A DNA stretch of 32,000 bases, taken from assembly GCA_049606355.1 (NCBI GenBank), contig JBMYVL010000001.1, positions 230,299 through 262,298 of the forward strand, given 5' to 3'. Both the position numbers and the translations under genes were made by a program. This document shows, piece by piece, positions 9,761-18,755 of this stretch (position 1 is the first letter of the stretch; each line of letters begins with the position of its first letter). A model generated the notes under the pieces. It was given only the letters and a program-made list of their open reading frames with translations. It was not told the DNA's origin and searched no databases. The stretch comes from Opitutales bacterium (GTDB taxonomy: Bacteria > Verrucomicrobiota > Verrucomicrobiia > Opitutales > Coraliomargaritaceae).

Positions 9761-10999
9761 ATGGCTTTGCGTTATTTATTCATCGATTTCGACAGTTTCT
9801 ATGCCTCCGTTGAGCAACAGTTGCAACCGCAGTTGCGTGGACGGCCGGTCGGGGTGGTGCCATCACTGGGGGTCGACACCACCAGTTGTATCGCCGCGAG
9901 CTACGAGGCCAAGGCGCATGGGGTCAAAACCGGCACGGCGGTACGCGAGGCACGGTACCTGTGCCCGGGGATTGTCTTCGTCGAAGCCAAGCACGCGAAC
10001 TACGTAAACCTACACGCGCGCATCAAGCGCCTTATCCACGAAATTATTTACGTAGAGGCCGTGTTATCGATCGATGAAATGTATGGCAAACTACCCCCGC
10101 ACTGGCAGCCGCTGCCCGTCGCAACCGCCAAAGCCCGCGCGATCAAAGCTGCGCTGGCCGAGCGTATCGGCCCCTATGTGCGCGCCTCGATTGGCCTCGC
10201 GCCGAACCGCTTCCTGGCCAAGCTCGCCAGCAAATTAGAAAAGCCAAACGGCTTGACCACACTCGATTTCGACGAGCTCCCGGAAAAGCTCTACCGCTTC
10301 GAGCTCGGCGATATCACCGGGATTGGCTCAAAGATGCAGCGGCGCCTACAAACCGCGCGCATCACTCACATGCAGGCGCTCTGCGAAGCGAGCCGACGCA
10401 AGCTGCACCGCATCTGGGGCTCAGTCGAAGGCGACCGCATGTGGTTCGCACTCCGCGGCGTCGACCTACCGGCCGTCAGCACGCAGCGGCGCACCATCGG
10501 CCATTCGCATGTTCTGCCGCCACGGTTACGCAGCGAGCGCGGCGCGCAGGCCACCCTGCACCGCATGCTGCAAAAAGCCTGCCGGCGGCTGCGCGCCATG
10601 GCCTACTTCGCCGGCCACTTGCAGGTACAAGTCAAATTCGGCTTCGAGTTGCGCTGGGCCGCAGAAACCCCCTGCTTCCCCACCCAGGATAGCGTCACCC
10701 TCGGCCAACTGCTGAATGCTCTGTGGGCGCAGCACCCGGAACCAGTGCCGGCACCAACTAAAGTCGCCATTACCCTCGCCAAGCTCGAGTCACTGGAGTC
10801 GCACACGCCTTCGCTCTTTGACGGGCGCGCGACGCAACGTCGAGTCGACTTACAACGAGCGATGGATGCGATCAACCAGCGCTACGGCGGGCGCACGCTC
10901 TACTATGCGGATGCCATGGAAGCGCAGCGCTGCAGCGATGCGGCACCCCTACGAATCGCATTTAACCACATCCCCGACCTGGAACTGGAAGGTGATTGA
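9761..10999 (+). CDS. Y-family DNA polymerase (translesion synthesis)
   Basis: Catalytic acidic motifs FIDFDSFYASVE and SIDEMY, and a helix-hairpin-helix ITGIGSKMQRRL. The C-terminal RAMDAINQRYGGRTLYYA resembles the UmuC/DinB C-terminal module. Confidence 0.85.
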   Translation: MALRYLFIDFDSFYASVEQQLQPQLRGRPVGVVPSLGVDTTSCIAASYEAKAHGVKTGTAVREARYLCPGIVFVEAKHANYVNLHARIKRLIHEIIYVEAVLSIDEMYGKLPPHWQPLPVATAKARAIKAALAERIGPYVRASIGLAPNRFLAKLASKLEKPNGLTTLDFDELPEKLYRFELGDITGIGSKMQRRLQTARITHMQALCEASRRKLHRIWGSVEGDRMWFALRGVDLPAVSTQRRTIGHSHVLPPRLRSERGAQATLHRMLQKACRRLRAMAYFAGHLQVQVKFGFELRWAAETPCFPTQDSVTLGQLLNALWAQHPEPVPAPTKVAITLAKLESLESHTPSLFDGRATQRRVDLQRAMDAINQRYGGRTLYYADAMEAQRCSDAAPLRIAFNHIPDLELEGD

Positions 11000-11010
11000 G
11001 CCGCGGTGGC

Positions 11011-13560
11011 CTACATCGTATCCAAATCCACCAGGATCTCGCGCGGACTGGAGCCATTTTCCGGACCCACAATACCCCGGTCTTCGAGCTCTTCCATGAG
11101 TCGCGCGGCTCGATTGTAGCCGATGCGCAGTCGCCGCTGTAGCATCGAGGTCGAAGCACGCTTGGTCGAGCGCAAGACGTCGATTGCTTGTGGCAGTAAT
11201 TCATCTCCGTCGGTCTCGCCGGTGCCAGCCGTCGGGCCGCCATCATCGCCACCCGCATCGATTTGCTGCTGCACCGACTCTGCGAAGACCGGCGGCTCAT
11301 TGTGCTCCTTCAGATAATCGACGATGCCGTTGATTTCATCATCCGAAACAAACGCGCCTTGAGCACGCACCAGCGTTGAGGTCCCCGGTGGAATAAAGAG
11401 CATATCACCCTTGCCGATCAGTGCCTCGGCGCCGCCACCATCCAGAATCGTGCGACTGTCGACCTTCGAAGCCACCTTGAAGGAAATACGACTCGGCAAG
11501 TTCGCCTTGATCACACCGGTAATGACATTCACCGACGGTCGCTGCGTTGCCAGAATCAGGTGAATCCCGGCCGCACGGGCCAACTGCGCCAAGCGCGCGA
11601 TCCCGGTCTCGATATCGGCGGGCGCGACCATCATCAAGTCCGCCAGCTCATCAATCACACAGACAATGTAGGGCAATTTCTTGCGCGGGATTTCAAAGGC
11701 ATCGTCGTCGCGCGGCACTTCAATCTGGGTTACCGCAGCACGCTCCTCTGCCGTCATCTCGGCATCCATCGCCGCGGCTTTTTCTTTTTCTTCCTTGGTC
11801 TTGGCGATCTTGGCATTGAAGCCCGCAATGTTGCGCACGTTTTCCGAAGCAAAGATCTGATAGCGGCGCTCCATTTCCGCGAGCAACCATTTCAGCGCGC
11901 CCGGGACCTTCTTCGGCTCCGTCACCACCGGAATCAGCATGTGCGGCAAGGCATTGTACATCTGCATTTCGACCACCTTCGGGTCGACCATAATAAAGCG
12001 TAAATCCTCGGGGCCCGAGTGGTACAACAGCGAGGCAATAATCGCATTGATGCACACCGTCTTACCCGAGCCCGTTGAACCGGCGATGAGCACGTGCGGC
12101 ATCTTCGTCAAGTCGGTGACCATCGGCTTACCCGTCACATCCTTGCCCAACACAATTGGGATCTCGGCCTTTGCATCCGCCCAAGCCTTGGACTCGACGA
12201 TGTCACGCATGCAGACCGCCTGCGCGATTCGGTTCGGCACCTCAATGCCCACGGTGCCCTTGCCCGGGACCGGGGCCAGGATGCGCACCGACTCCGCTTT
12301 CAGGCCGAGCGCAATATTCTTATCCAAATTAACAATTTTCTCGACCCGCACCCCCGGAGCGGGAGTGACCTCATAACGCGTGATCACCGGGCCGGTGTGT
12401 ATTTCGCCGGGATTTACCTTCACGCCAAATTCCTCCAAGGTGCGCACCAAGGCCTCCATCGTGCCGGCGTGGTCCTGCGGCGACTGATCCGCGACATTGG
12501 GAGCCTCTGCCAGCAATTTAATCGGCGGGAAGGTATAATCGCCACGGCGCTCGGGAATACTGGCGACGGCTTTCTCGGTCTTTTCCTCGGAGACCACCTT
12601 GATCATCGAAGGGTCAAATTTGGGCTTCTTCACCTCGGCTTCGACCGGTTCCGGCGTCGGTTCGGGGGTCGCCACCGCCAACCGCTTCGCCTTGACCGGC
12701 TTGGCAGGAGTTTGACGCGCTGCCGTGGCCGCAAGGGGTGCGTCCAACAATGAGGGGCGCTCGCCCGATGGCAACGCTTCGGCTTCCAATTCGGGTTCAG
12801 CCGCAGCCGCTTCTTGGCGAGCGGCCCAGCGCGCCGCTTTGGCCTCTTCCCGCAGGCGCTGCTTTTCCAGCTTCGCCGCCCGCCGTGCCTCCGCCTTCTG
12901 CGCGCGGCGCTCCTTGCGCGCTTCACCGGATTGCTGCCAGTGGCTCCAGAAACTCCGGTATGCCGTGTGCAGGTAGTCCAAAAAATGCCCGAGGTTGTCG
13001 GTAAAGACAATTAAGGAGCCGATGGTAAAGCCCATGAGCAGCACCATGATCGTGCCAAAGTTGCCAATTAAGGACTGCAGCAGCGGACCCGTCAGATAGT
13101 AACCGAGCAAGCCGCCATAGCCCCACTCGGCCAACTGCGCTTCAAAAAGGCTGCCCTCGACCTGAGCGACGCCCAGCGTCTGCGCCATGGCCAGCAACCC
13201 TGCCGCACAAATAATAGAAAGCACTGACATGAGCGCGGTCGCCATGCGCTTTTTCGGGGCCTGCGGCTGCAGCAAGCGCACGCCAAACCACAGCCAGTAG
13301 AGCGGCAGCAGCCAGGTCGCCACGCCGACGCAGAAAAACGCCGCATAGGCAAAATACGCGCCAGAGACCCCAACCAAATTGTCCTGCGGCACCGCATTGG
13401 TGGTCTTGTAAGCCGATTGGCTGAGGTCAAAGTCCCAAATCGCCACCAAGGATAACACTGCGATGGTGAAGAGCACCAAGGCCCAAACGGGACGCGCGGG
13501 TGCATTGCGTGAGGAAGTCGTTTTTGTACGGGTGGATTTTTTGGGGGAACGTCTCGCCAT
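11011..13560 (-). CDS. ftsK: DNA translocase FtsK
   Basis: N-terminal TM helices and a charged Ala/Arg/Glu linker. Motor with Walker A GSTGSGKT and Walker B VCVIDELADL. C-terminal gamma winged helix (STSMLQRRLRIGYNRAARLMEELEDRGIV). ATG 13560 (MARRSPKKS...) is preferred to the ORF-track start at 13698. Confidence 0.95.
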   Translation of the reverse strand: MARRSPKKSTRTKTTSSRNAPARPVWALVLFTIAVLSLVAIWDFDLSQSAYKTTNAVPQDNLVGVSGAYFAYAAFFCVGVATWLLPLYWLWFGVRLLQPQAPKKRMATALMSVLSIICAAGLLAMAQTLGVAQVEGSLFEAQLAEWGYGGLLGYYLTGPLLQSLIGNFGTIMVLLMGFTIGSLIVFTDNLGHFLDYLHTAYRSFWSHWQQSGEARKERRAQKAEARRAAKLEKQRLREEAKAARWAARQEAAAAEPELEAEALPSGERPSLLDAPLAATAARQTPAKPVKAKRLAVATPEPTPEPVEAEVKKPKFDPSMIKVVSEEKTEKAVASIPERRGDYTFPPIKLLAEAPNVADQSPQDHAGTMEALVRTLEEFGVKVNPGEIHTGPVITRYEVTPAPGVRVEKIVNLDKNIALGLKAESVRILAPVPGKGTVGIEVPNRIAQAVCMRDIVESKAWADAKAEIPIVLGKDVTGKPMVTDLTKMPHVLIAGSTGSGKTVCINAIIASLLYHSGPEDLRFIMVDPKVVEMQMYNALPHMLIPVVTEPKKVPGALKWLLAEMERRYQIFASENVRNIAGFNAKIAKTKEEKEKAAAMDAEMTAEERAAVTQIEVPRDDDAFEIPRKKLPYIVCVIDELADLMMVAPADIETGIARLAQLARAAGIHLILATQRPSVNVITGVIKANLPSRISFKVASKVDSRTILDGGGAEALIGKGDMLFIPPGTSTLVRAQGAFVSDDEINGIVDYLKEHNEPPVFAESVQQQIDAGGDDGGPTAGTGETDGDELLPQAIDVLRSTKRASTSMLQRRLRIGYNRAARLMEELEDRGIVGPENGSSPREILVDLDTM

Positions 13561-13736
13561 GAATTGTGCGAAAATACGCCTGGGTCGCAGGAAAACAAGG
13601 TTTGATTCGAGCGACTCGCGCGCCGAGCGCCACCCACGCCGGCGTAAAGAATACGAGCACAGGGCAACAGCAACCTTGATCTCTGCCGATTTATGCACAC
13701 ACTACCGCGCTCACTTTAAAGTCGACTGCAGGATAT

Positions 13737-13766
13737 GGTGTCCGCGGGCGGCACCCACAATTTACT
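13737..13766 (+). promoter_or_regulatory. GC hairpin plus CACAATTTACT element abutting the grpE start, function unknown
   Basis: GGTGTCCG-cggg-CGGCACC (7 bp, one bulge) at 13737-13755, followed by CACAATTTACT (13756-13766) and then ATG at 13767. Confidence 0.5.
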
Positions 13767-14351
13767 ATGACAGACAAACAGACAGACTCCACCGAAGACG
13801 TTGACGCCAAGGCTGCTACGGACGCGACTGTTGAAGCCGCTGCCGAAACCGCACCTGCTGAAGAAAGTAACGAGCCCAAGCTCACCGAGCTTGAAAAAGC
13901 GCAGGCCGAAGCCGCCGAGATGAAGTCGCGCTACCTGCGCTCGGTCGCAGATATGGAGAATTACCGCAAACGCATCACGCGCGAGAAGCAGGACATCCTG
14001 CGCAGCGCTGCTGCGAATGTAGTCGAATCGTTGCTGCCGGTGTTGGACAATATGAAGCTTGGGCTACAGGCCGCCGAACAACACCCGGAAGCCAAAGATG
14101 TAACGGTTGGCTTTAAAATGGTTGAGGATCAGCTCAAGAAGAGCCTCACCGAACAAGGCCTCGAAGAGCTCATCCCGGATGGAGAACCCTTCGACCCCAA
14201 CTTGCATGAGTGCGTCACGCACCAGCCCTCAGACACGGTCGCAGAAGACACCGTGATTCAGACCGTGCGCGCGGGCTACCGCCTCAACGAGCGCCTCCTG
14301 CGCGCAGCCAACGTCATCGTATCCAGTGGTCCGGCACAAGCCGACGCCTAA
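13767..14351 (+). CDS. grpE: Nucleotide exchange factor GrpE
   Basis: Acidic N-terminus, then [21 protein letters not shown] and a C-terminal beta domain (...[21 protein letters not shown]). Confidence 0.95.
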   Translation: MTDKQTDSTEDVDAKAATDATVEAAAETAPAEESNEPKLTELEKAQAEAAEMKSRYLRSVADMENYRKRITREKQDILRSAAANVVESLLPVLDNMKLGLQAAEQHPEAKDVTVGFKMVEDQLKKSLTEQGLEELIPDGEPFDPNLHECVTHQPSDTVAEDTVIQTVRAGYRLNERLLRAANVIVSSGPAQADA

Positions 14352-14369
14352 CGGACCCCCTCTCGCACT

Positions 14370-15518
14370 ATGTCCAAATCGGATTATTACGAAACGCTCG
14401 GCGTGGCTCGCGATGCCAGCAGCGACGACCTCAAAAAAGCCTACCGCAAACAGGCCGTTAAATACCACCCGGATAAAAATCCTGGAGATGCCGTTGCGGA
14501 AGCTAAATTCAAGGAAGTGTCGGAAGCTTATGACGTCCTCAAGGATGATGAAAAGCGCGCGGCGTATGATCGCTATGGGCACGACGCCTTCCAGAGCGGC
14601 GGCATGGGGCGTGCCGGCGGCGGGGGCGGTGGTGGATTTCACGACCCCTTCGAGATGTTTCGTGAGGCCTTTGGTGGCGGGGGCGGCATCTTTGAAGAAT
14701 TTTTTGGGGGCGGCGGTCGCGGCGGTGCAGCAGCCGGCGGCGCACAGCATGGCTCCGATTTGCGCTATGATTTAGAAATCACGCTCGAGCAAGCGGCCGA
14801 AGGCACCGAGAAAGAGATCCGCTACAAGCGCGCGGTGGCCTGTAAAAAATGCCATGGTTCGGGCGCGGAGCCCGGTTCCAAGAAAGTCACTTGCCCAACT
14901 TGCGGCGGCGCAGGACAGGTCGCCTCCAACCGTGGCTTCATCAGTTATCGGCAAGTCTGCCCCAGTTGTAATGGCGCAGGGCAAAGAATTGAACGCCCCT
15001 GCAGCAACTGTCGCGGGGAAGGCCGTGAGATGGAGCGCAGCAGCGTGAAAGTACGCATCCCTGCAGGCGTACACACCGGCTCCAAGCTCCGTTCCGCAGG
15101 CAAGGGCGAAGCGGGCCACCAGGGGGGCCAATCCGGTGATTTATACATCGTCATCCACGTTAAGGAGCACGAGCTGTTCGAGCGCCACGACGATGACCTC
15201 TTCTGCGAAATACCGATTAAGTTTACCCTCGCCGCACTCGGCGGCGCGATTGATGTGCCCACCCTCTTTGGCAAAGGTAGCTTAAAGATTCCCGCCGGGA
15301 CTCAAAGCGGCACCACCTTCCGCCTGCGCGGTCATGGCATGCCCCACCTGCGCGGCAGCGGCAAGGGAGACTTGCTGGTGCGCGCCCACGTGGAAGTACC
15401 GACCAAGCTCAACAGCGAGCAGAAGAAGAAGCTCGAGGATTACGCCGAGGCTTGCGGCGACCCGGCAAACCCCGTCAGTGAATCCTTTGTCAAGAAAGCG
15501 AAGCAGTTCTTCAAGTAG
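14370..15518 (+). CDS. dnaJ: Molecular chaperone DnaJ
   Basis: J-domain HPD (KYHPDKNP), Gly/Phe-rich linker and four CxxCxGxG repeats ([32 protein letters not shown]). Confidence 0.97.
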   Translation: MSKSDYYETLGVARDASSDDLKKAYRKQAVKYHPDKNPGDAVAEAKFKEVSEAYDVLKDDEKRAAYDRYGHDAFQSGGMGRAGGGGGGGFHDPFEMFREAFGGGGGIFEEFFGGGGRGGAAAGGAQHGSDLRYDLEITLEQAAEGTEKEIRYKRAVACKKCHGSGAEPGSKKVTCPTCGGAGQVASNRGFISYRQVCPSCNGAGQRIERPCSNCRGEGREMERSSVKVRIPAGVHTGSKLRSAGKGEAGHQGGQSGDLYIVIHVKEHELFERHDDDLFCEIPIKFTLAALGGAIDVPTLFGKGSLKIPAGTQSGTTFRLRGHGMPHLRGSGKGDLLVRAHVEVPTKLNSEQKKKLEDYAEACGDPANPVSESFVKKAKQFFK

Positions 15519-15542
15519 CGCCGCGTACCTGCTCTCTCATCC

Positions 15543-16127
15543 ATGGCTTACCCTATCGTCATTCTCGGCTCCGGACGCGGTTCCAATGCGGAAGCGCTGC
15601 TCAAAGCCCAGGCGTCTCATAATCTGGGGCGTGCTGAAGTGGCCGCGCTCATCAGCGATGTCGCCGATGCGGGCATTCTCAACTTTGGCCAAAAGTACGC
15701 CGTGCCGGCCATCTATCAAGACCCCGGCCGCACTGGCCCGCGCCTCAGTGCCGAAGCGGACGCTATGTATATTGAGCGCATTCGCTCGTTTAGCCCGAAG
15801 CTCATTGTTCTCGCAGGGTTCATGCGTATTCTCAGCCCAGCGTTTATCGATGCCTTCGAAGGCAAAATCATCAACTTGCACCCGAGCCTGCTGCCAAGTT
15901 TTAAGGGTGCACACGGCATCCGCGATGCCTACGACTATGGCGTCAAAGTCACGGGTTGCTCCGTGCACTGGGTGACTCCCGCACTGGATGGCGGTCCAAT
16001 TCTTGACCAAAAGACGGTGCGTATCGACGCAGCGGATACACTGGAACTACTCGAGAAGAAAGTTCACATCGCTGAGCATCAGTTACTCCCTTCCGTCGTT
16101 GCACGACTCAGCAAGGGCGAGCTGTAG
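15543..16127 (+). CDS. purN: Phosphoribosylglycinamide formyltransferase PurN
   Basis: SGRGSN N-terminal motif, [13 protein letters not shown] and [18 protein letters not shown]. Confidence 0.93.
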   Translation: MAYPIVILGSGRGSNAEALLKAQASHNLGRAEVAALISDVADAGILNFGQKYAVPAIYQDPGRTGPRLSAEADAMYIERIRSFSPKLIVLAGFMRILSPAFIDAFEGKIINLHPSLLPSFKGAHGIRDAYDYGVKVTGCSVHWVTPALDGGPILDQKTVRIDAADTLELLEKKVHIAEHQLLPSVVARLSKGEL

Positions 16128-16177
16128 ATGCTTGCTCACAGCACCGCCGCAATCACCCACACACCCGCACCTCTTTC

Positions 16178-17074
16178 ATGTCCTCCCAAATCGAACTGCG
16201 TGCCATTGTTCCCTCCGAACTGGCGGATGATTTAGAAGCCTACTTCTTTGAAACCGAAACGGTTTACTGGGGAATTATGCAAAAAGAACGTGGCGACCCC
16301 TACGAAGTGTTTGGCTTCTTCCCGGACGAAGCGACGGCCGCCGCCGAACTGGAGACCTTGCGTGCCGAATTTGCCGCACTGCCCGAAGACTTTGAGCTCG
16401 GCGCGATGGAGGATAGTTTCTGGCAAAATGCATACAAAGAATTCGTTAAACCCTGGAGCGATCGTCAGTTGCACTGGATCCCCCTGTGGGAGCGCGACCA
16501 CGTAGCCGTACCCGATGGGGCTGCAGTTGTTTATTTGGATGCCGGCATGGCCTTCGGCACTGGCGCCCACGAGACCACGCGCTTGTGCGCGCGGCGCCTC
16601 CTGGATTATTTGGAACAGCAGGAAGGCCCGCGCGAAACGCTGCAGATCATCGATGCCGGTTGCGGCTCCGGCGTGCTGGCGCTCTCTGCGGCAGCGCTCG
16701 GCTGCAGTGACATTCTGGGGTTTGATTTCGACCCCGAAGCAATCCGCGTCTGCGGTGAAAATGCTAAGGAAAACCCCCATCTCGCAGCACTGCAGTTTGA
16801 GGTCGCGGATCTCGAGAACGGGCTGCAGGCGCGGCAAGCCGACCTCTTGTTGGCCAATATCCAAACGGATGTGCTCATCCCTCATGCCGCGGCGGTGGTG
16901 CATGGCGTAAAATCCGGTGGGAGCCTCGCCCTCAGTGGCATTCTTGGCAAGGAGCTCGACCGTGTGCGCCAGCATTACGCCGAACAGTTTGCGGCCCTGC
17001 GACCCCAAGATGCCATCACACTTGACTCGCGCGAAGATGGCGAGTGGGCGGATCTCTTGATTCAATTGAATTAA
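16178..17074 (+). CDS. prmA: Ribosomal protein L11 methyltransferase PrmA
   Basis: [14 protein letters not shown] and the SAM-binding motif [12 protein letters not shown]. Typical length of 298 aa. Confidence 0.92.
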   Translation: MSSQIELRAIVPSELADDLEAYFFETETVYWGIMQKERGDPYEVFGFFPDEATAAAELETLRAEFAALPEDFELGAMEDSFWQNAYKEFVKPWSDRQLHWIPLWERDHVAVPDGAAVVYLDAGMAFGTGAHETTRLCARRLLDYLEQQEGPRETLQIIDAGCGSGVLALSAAALGCSDILGFDFDPEAIRVCGENAKENPHLAALQFEVADLENGLQARQADLLLANIQTDVLIPHAAAVVHGVKSGGSLALSGILGKELDRVRQHYAEQFAALRPQDAITLDSREDGEWADLLIQLN

Positions 17075-17105
17075 ATCAGCGACTGTGCCCTGCCGACCGT
17101 TTCTT

Positions 17106-17138
17106 GCTTGCGGTTCGCGGCAAGCCCCACAATTTAAG
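17106..17138 (+). promoter_or_regulatory. GC hairpin plus CACAATTTAAG element upstream of the rodZ-like gene
   Basis: GCTTGC-ggttcgcg-GCAAGC (17106-17125), then cc, then CACAATTTAAG (17128-17138), with ATG at 17147. It lies 32 nt after the prmA stop. Confidence 0.45.
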
Positions 17139-17146
17139 TGACTGAA

Positions 17147-17980
17147 ATGCAAACTATTGGGGAACGACTGGAAGACGCGCGCAAGCGCAAGGGCATCTCG
17201 CTACGCGAAGCCGCTGAAGCAACAAAGATACGCAGCGATTTCCTCAGTAACATCGAGCAGAACAAATTTGAGTTCGAACTGCCGGAGATCTACAAGCGCG
17301 GCTTTATTAAAAACTACGCGCGCTACCTAAAGCTCGATCCGGAAAAAGTCATCAACGACTACAGTGCGCAACTCCTCAGCAAAACGCGCAGCAAAAAAGG
17401 CGGCGCTGAATGGTTCGGTAGTATGGACGTCAAAGGTGGCGCTTCGGATGAGTCCGATGTCGATGCCACACCTTCGTTTGGCAGCATCAAAGCGAAGCCC
17501 GGCGCACAGCAAGAATTGAGCGCAGCTCCTGCTGAGACGGGTGACGCGGACGATAAGCTATTTTATCTCAAAGTCGGGCTGATTTTCGTCGGTACCCTGG
17601 CGCTGGTCTTCGTCATTTTTGGTTTAGTGCGGGCGATCATCGGCGGCCCCGGCGAGACGATCGAAGCGCAGGCGGACCTGTCGACACCCGCTGCGGTGGA
17701 AGCACCGGTCGTAAGTGCGGCCCCCGTCGTGAGTGCACGCACCAGCGAATTTAAGCTAACTGCGTACAGCGAGGTCTTCGTCGCGGCGCGTAATTTGAGT
17801 GACCGGCAATTTCTCTACCAAGGCACTTTAAGCGCGGGCGATGAGATCGTGCTACAAAAAGAAGGCCCCGTCGAAATCGTCTTCACCCGCGCCGATCAAA
17901 TCGCCATCAGTGCGAACGGAAAAGTTGTTCACTCGCCACAGTCCGGCCTAAGCGGTACCGGCAAGATTGAACTCCCTTAG
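17147..17980 (+). CDS. rodZ: RodZ-like cytoskeleton/shape protein: XRE-type HTH, TM helix and DUF4115-like C-terminal domain
   Basis: The N-terminus IGERLEDARKRKGISLREAAEATKIRSDFLSNIEQNKF...YKRGFIKNYARYL is a RodZ-type HTH. One TM segment (LKVGLIFVGTLALVFVIFGLV). C-terminal beta domain. The ORF track starts at GTG 17138; ATG 17147 is preferred. Confidence 0.75.
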   Translation: MQTIGERLEDARKRKGISLREAAEATKIRSDFLSNIEQNKFEFELPEIYKRGFIKNYARYLKLDPEKVINDYSAQLLSKTRSKKGGAEWFGSMDVKGGASDESDVDATPSFGSIKAKPGAQQELSAAPAETGDADDKLFYLKVGLIFVGTLALVFVIFGLVRAIIGGPGETIEAQADLSTPAAVEAPVVSAAPVVSARTSEFKLTAYSEVFVAARNLSDRQFLYQGTLSAGDEIVLQKEGPVEIVFTRADQIAISANGKVVHSPQSGLSGTGKIELP

Positions 17981-18016
17981 TCGACGCCACACGCGCTGCG
18001 TCAGGTGCCACGGCAC

Positions 18017-18679
18017 TCAAGCGCGCAAGCCCGGTAACGGTGACTGTTGCTGCAGTCCCGCCGGAGCGCCGAGCACCTCGCTGTAAATAAAGGCGGCACG
18101 TGCCGCGGCTGGGTTGCTTAAGCTCGAGCGAACCGGGCCAGCCAATACGCCACCCTTGGATTCAGCGCTGCCACGCCGCGCGGGGGTTTTGGCTCGCGCC
18201 GCATGCGCCTTGCTCCGAAGCGCCGCTGCCTGTCGCTGGGTCGCCTCGATCTTGCGCTGCTGCGCCTCAATCACTTGCGCATACGCATGGTCCGAAGCCT
18301 CCCACGAAAAGCCACCGGGCGCGCCGTCATCCGCATTCGAGGTTTGCGCCGGTACCTCGTGAGGCGCTTCCAGCGTTTGCTTGTATTGCTCGCGGCCCTC
18401 CTTCAAGCGTTCCCGGATGGTACGCTGCGCTGCTGCAGGGCCGGGTTCGGTAGCCTCTGGAGACAGCGCCCTGCCCTCCGCAGCGGCGCGCCGTGCCTCG
18501 ATCTTGCGTCGTATCTGCTCCTTAATCTGCTGCTCCGCGGAGGTCTCTTCGTAGGCTTCTGCGTCGCGCCGCTCCGGCCGCGGCTCTCCGCTCTCCTCGT
18601 TTTTCTTGGAAAGTAGATTCCCGAAGAAATACACCGCCGCAAAAATGAGCGGAAAAAGAATCTCGAGTAGGTTTTCCAT
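18017..18679 (-). CDS. Hypothetical membrane-anchored protein with a charged helical region, last gene of the nfeD-floA cluster
   Basis: N-terminal TM (LLEILFPLIFAAVYFFGNLL). Long Glu/Arg/Ala/Gln-rich segment (EQQIKEQIRRKIEARRAAAEGR..., IEAQQRKIEATQRQAAALRSKAHAARAK). Tail AAFIYSEVLGAPAGL. No family recognised. Confidence 0.6.
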   Translation of the reverse strand: MENLLEILFPLIFAAVYFFGNLLSKKNEESGEPRPERRDAEAYEETSAEQQIKEQIRRKIEARRAAAEGRALSPEATEPGPAAAQRTIRERLKEGREQYKQTLEAPHEVPAQTSNADDGAPGGFSWEASDHAYAQVIEAQQRKIEATQRQAAALRSKAHAARAKTPARRGSAESKGGVLAGPVRSSLSNPAAARAAFIYSEVLGAPAGLQQQSPLPGLRA

Positions 18680-18693
18680 TCGCTGTGCAGCTC

Positions 18694-18743
18694 AGTAAAT
18701 TGTGTCCGCAGCGAACGCAAAACGGCGATCGATACGGACACCC
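18694..18743 (-). promoter_or_regulatory. Hairpin plus CACAATTTACT element between floA and the hypothetical gene
   Basis: In gene orientation: GGGTGTCCG-26 nt-CGGACAC-AATTTACT, with 14 nt to the ATG at 18679. The left arm GGTGTCCG and the tail CACAATTTACT are identical to the grpE copy. Confidence 0.5.
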
Positions 18744-18755
18744 TTGAACGATGGA

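Noticed and set aside
13714-13731. Run of three restriction-site palindromes, CTTTAAAG-GTCGAC-CTGCAG, resembling a cloning polylinker
   Set aside because: It is only 18 nt, its order and overlaps do not match the common pUC-type polylinker as I recall it, and the flanks are ordinary intergenic sequence. It is most likely coincidence.
13700-13766. Search for a heat-shock operator or promoter upstream of grpE: CIRCE TTAGCACTC-N9-GAGTGCTAA, HAIR, or sigma32 CTTGAA/CCCCATnT
   Set aside because: There is no match to CIRCE or HAIR. CCCACAAT only loosely resembles a sigma32 -10 and has no CTTGAA-like -35 at the right distance.
16232-17152. 306-aa minus-strand ORF antisense to prmA. Similar cases are 12094-12753 and 11560-12003 (antisense to ftsK), 18702-19373 (antisense to floA) and 22249-22800 (antisense to the epimerase-like gene).
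   Set aside because: All lie fully inside well-supported genes on the other strand and have biased Arg/Gly/His/Leu composition without motifs. I treat them as GC-driven open frames.
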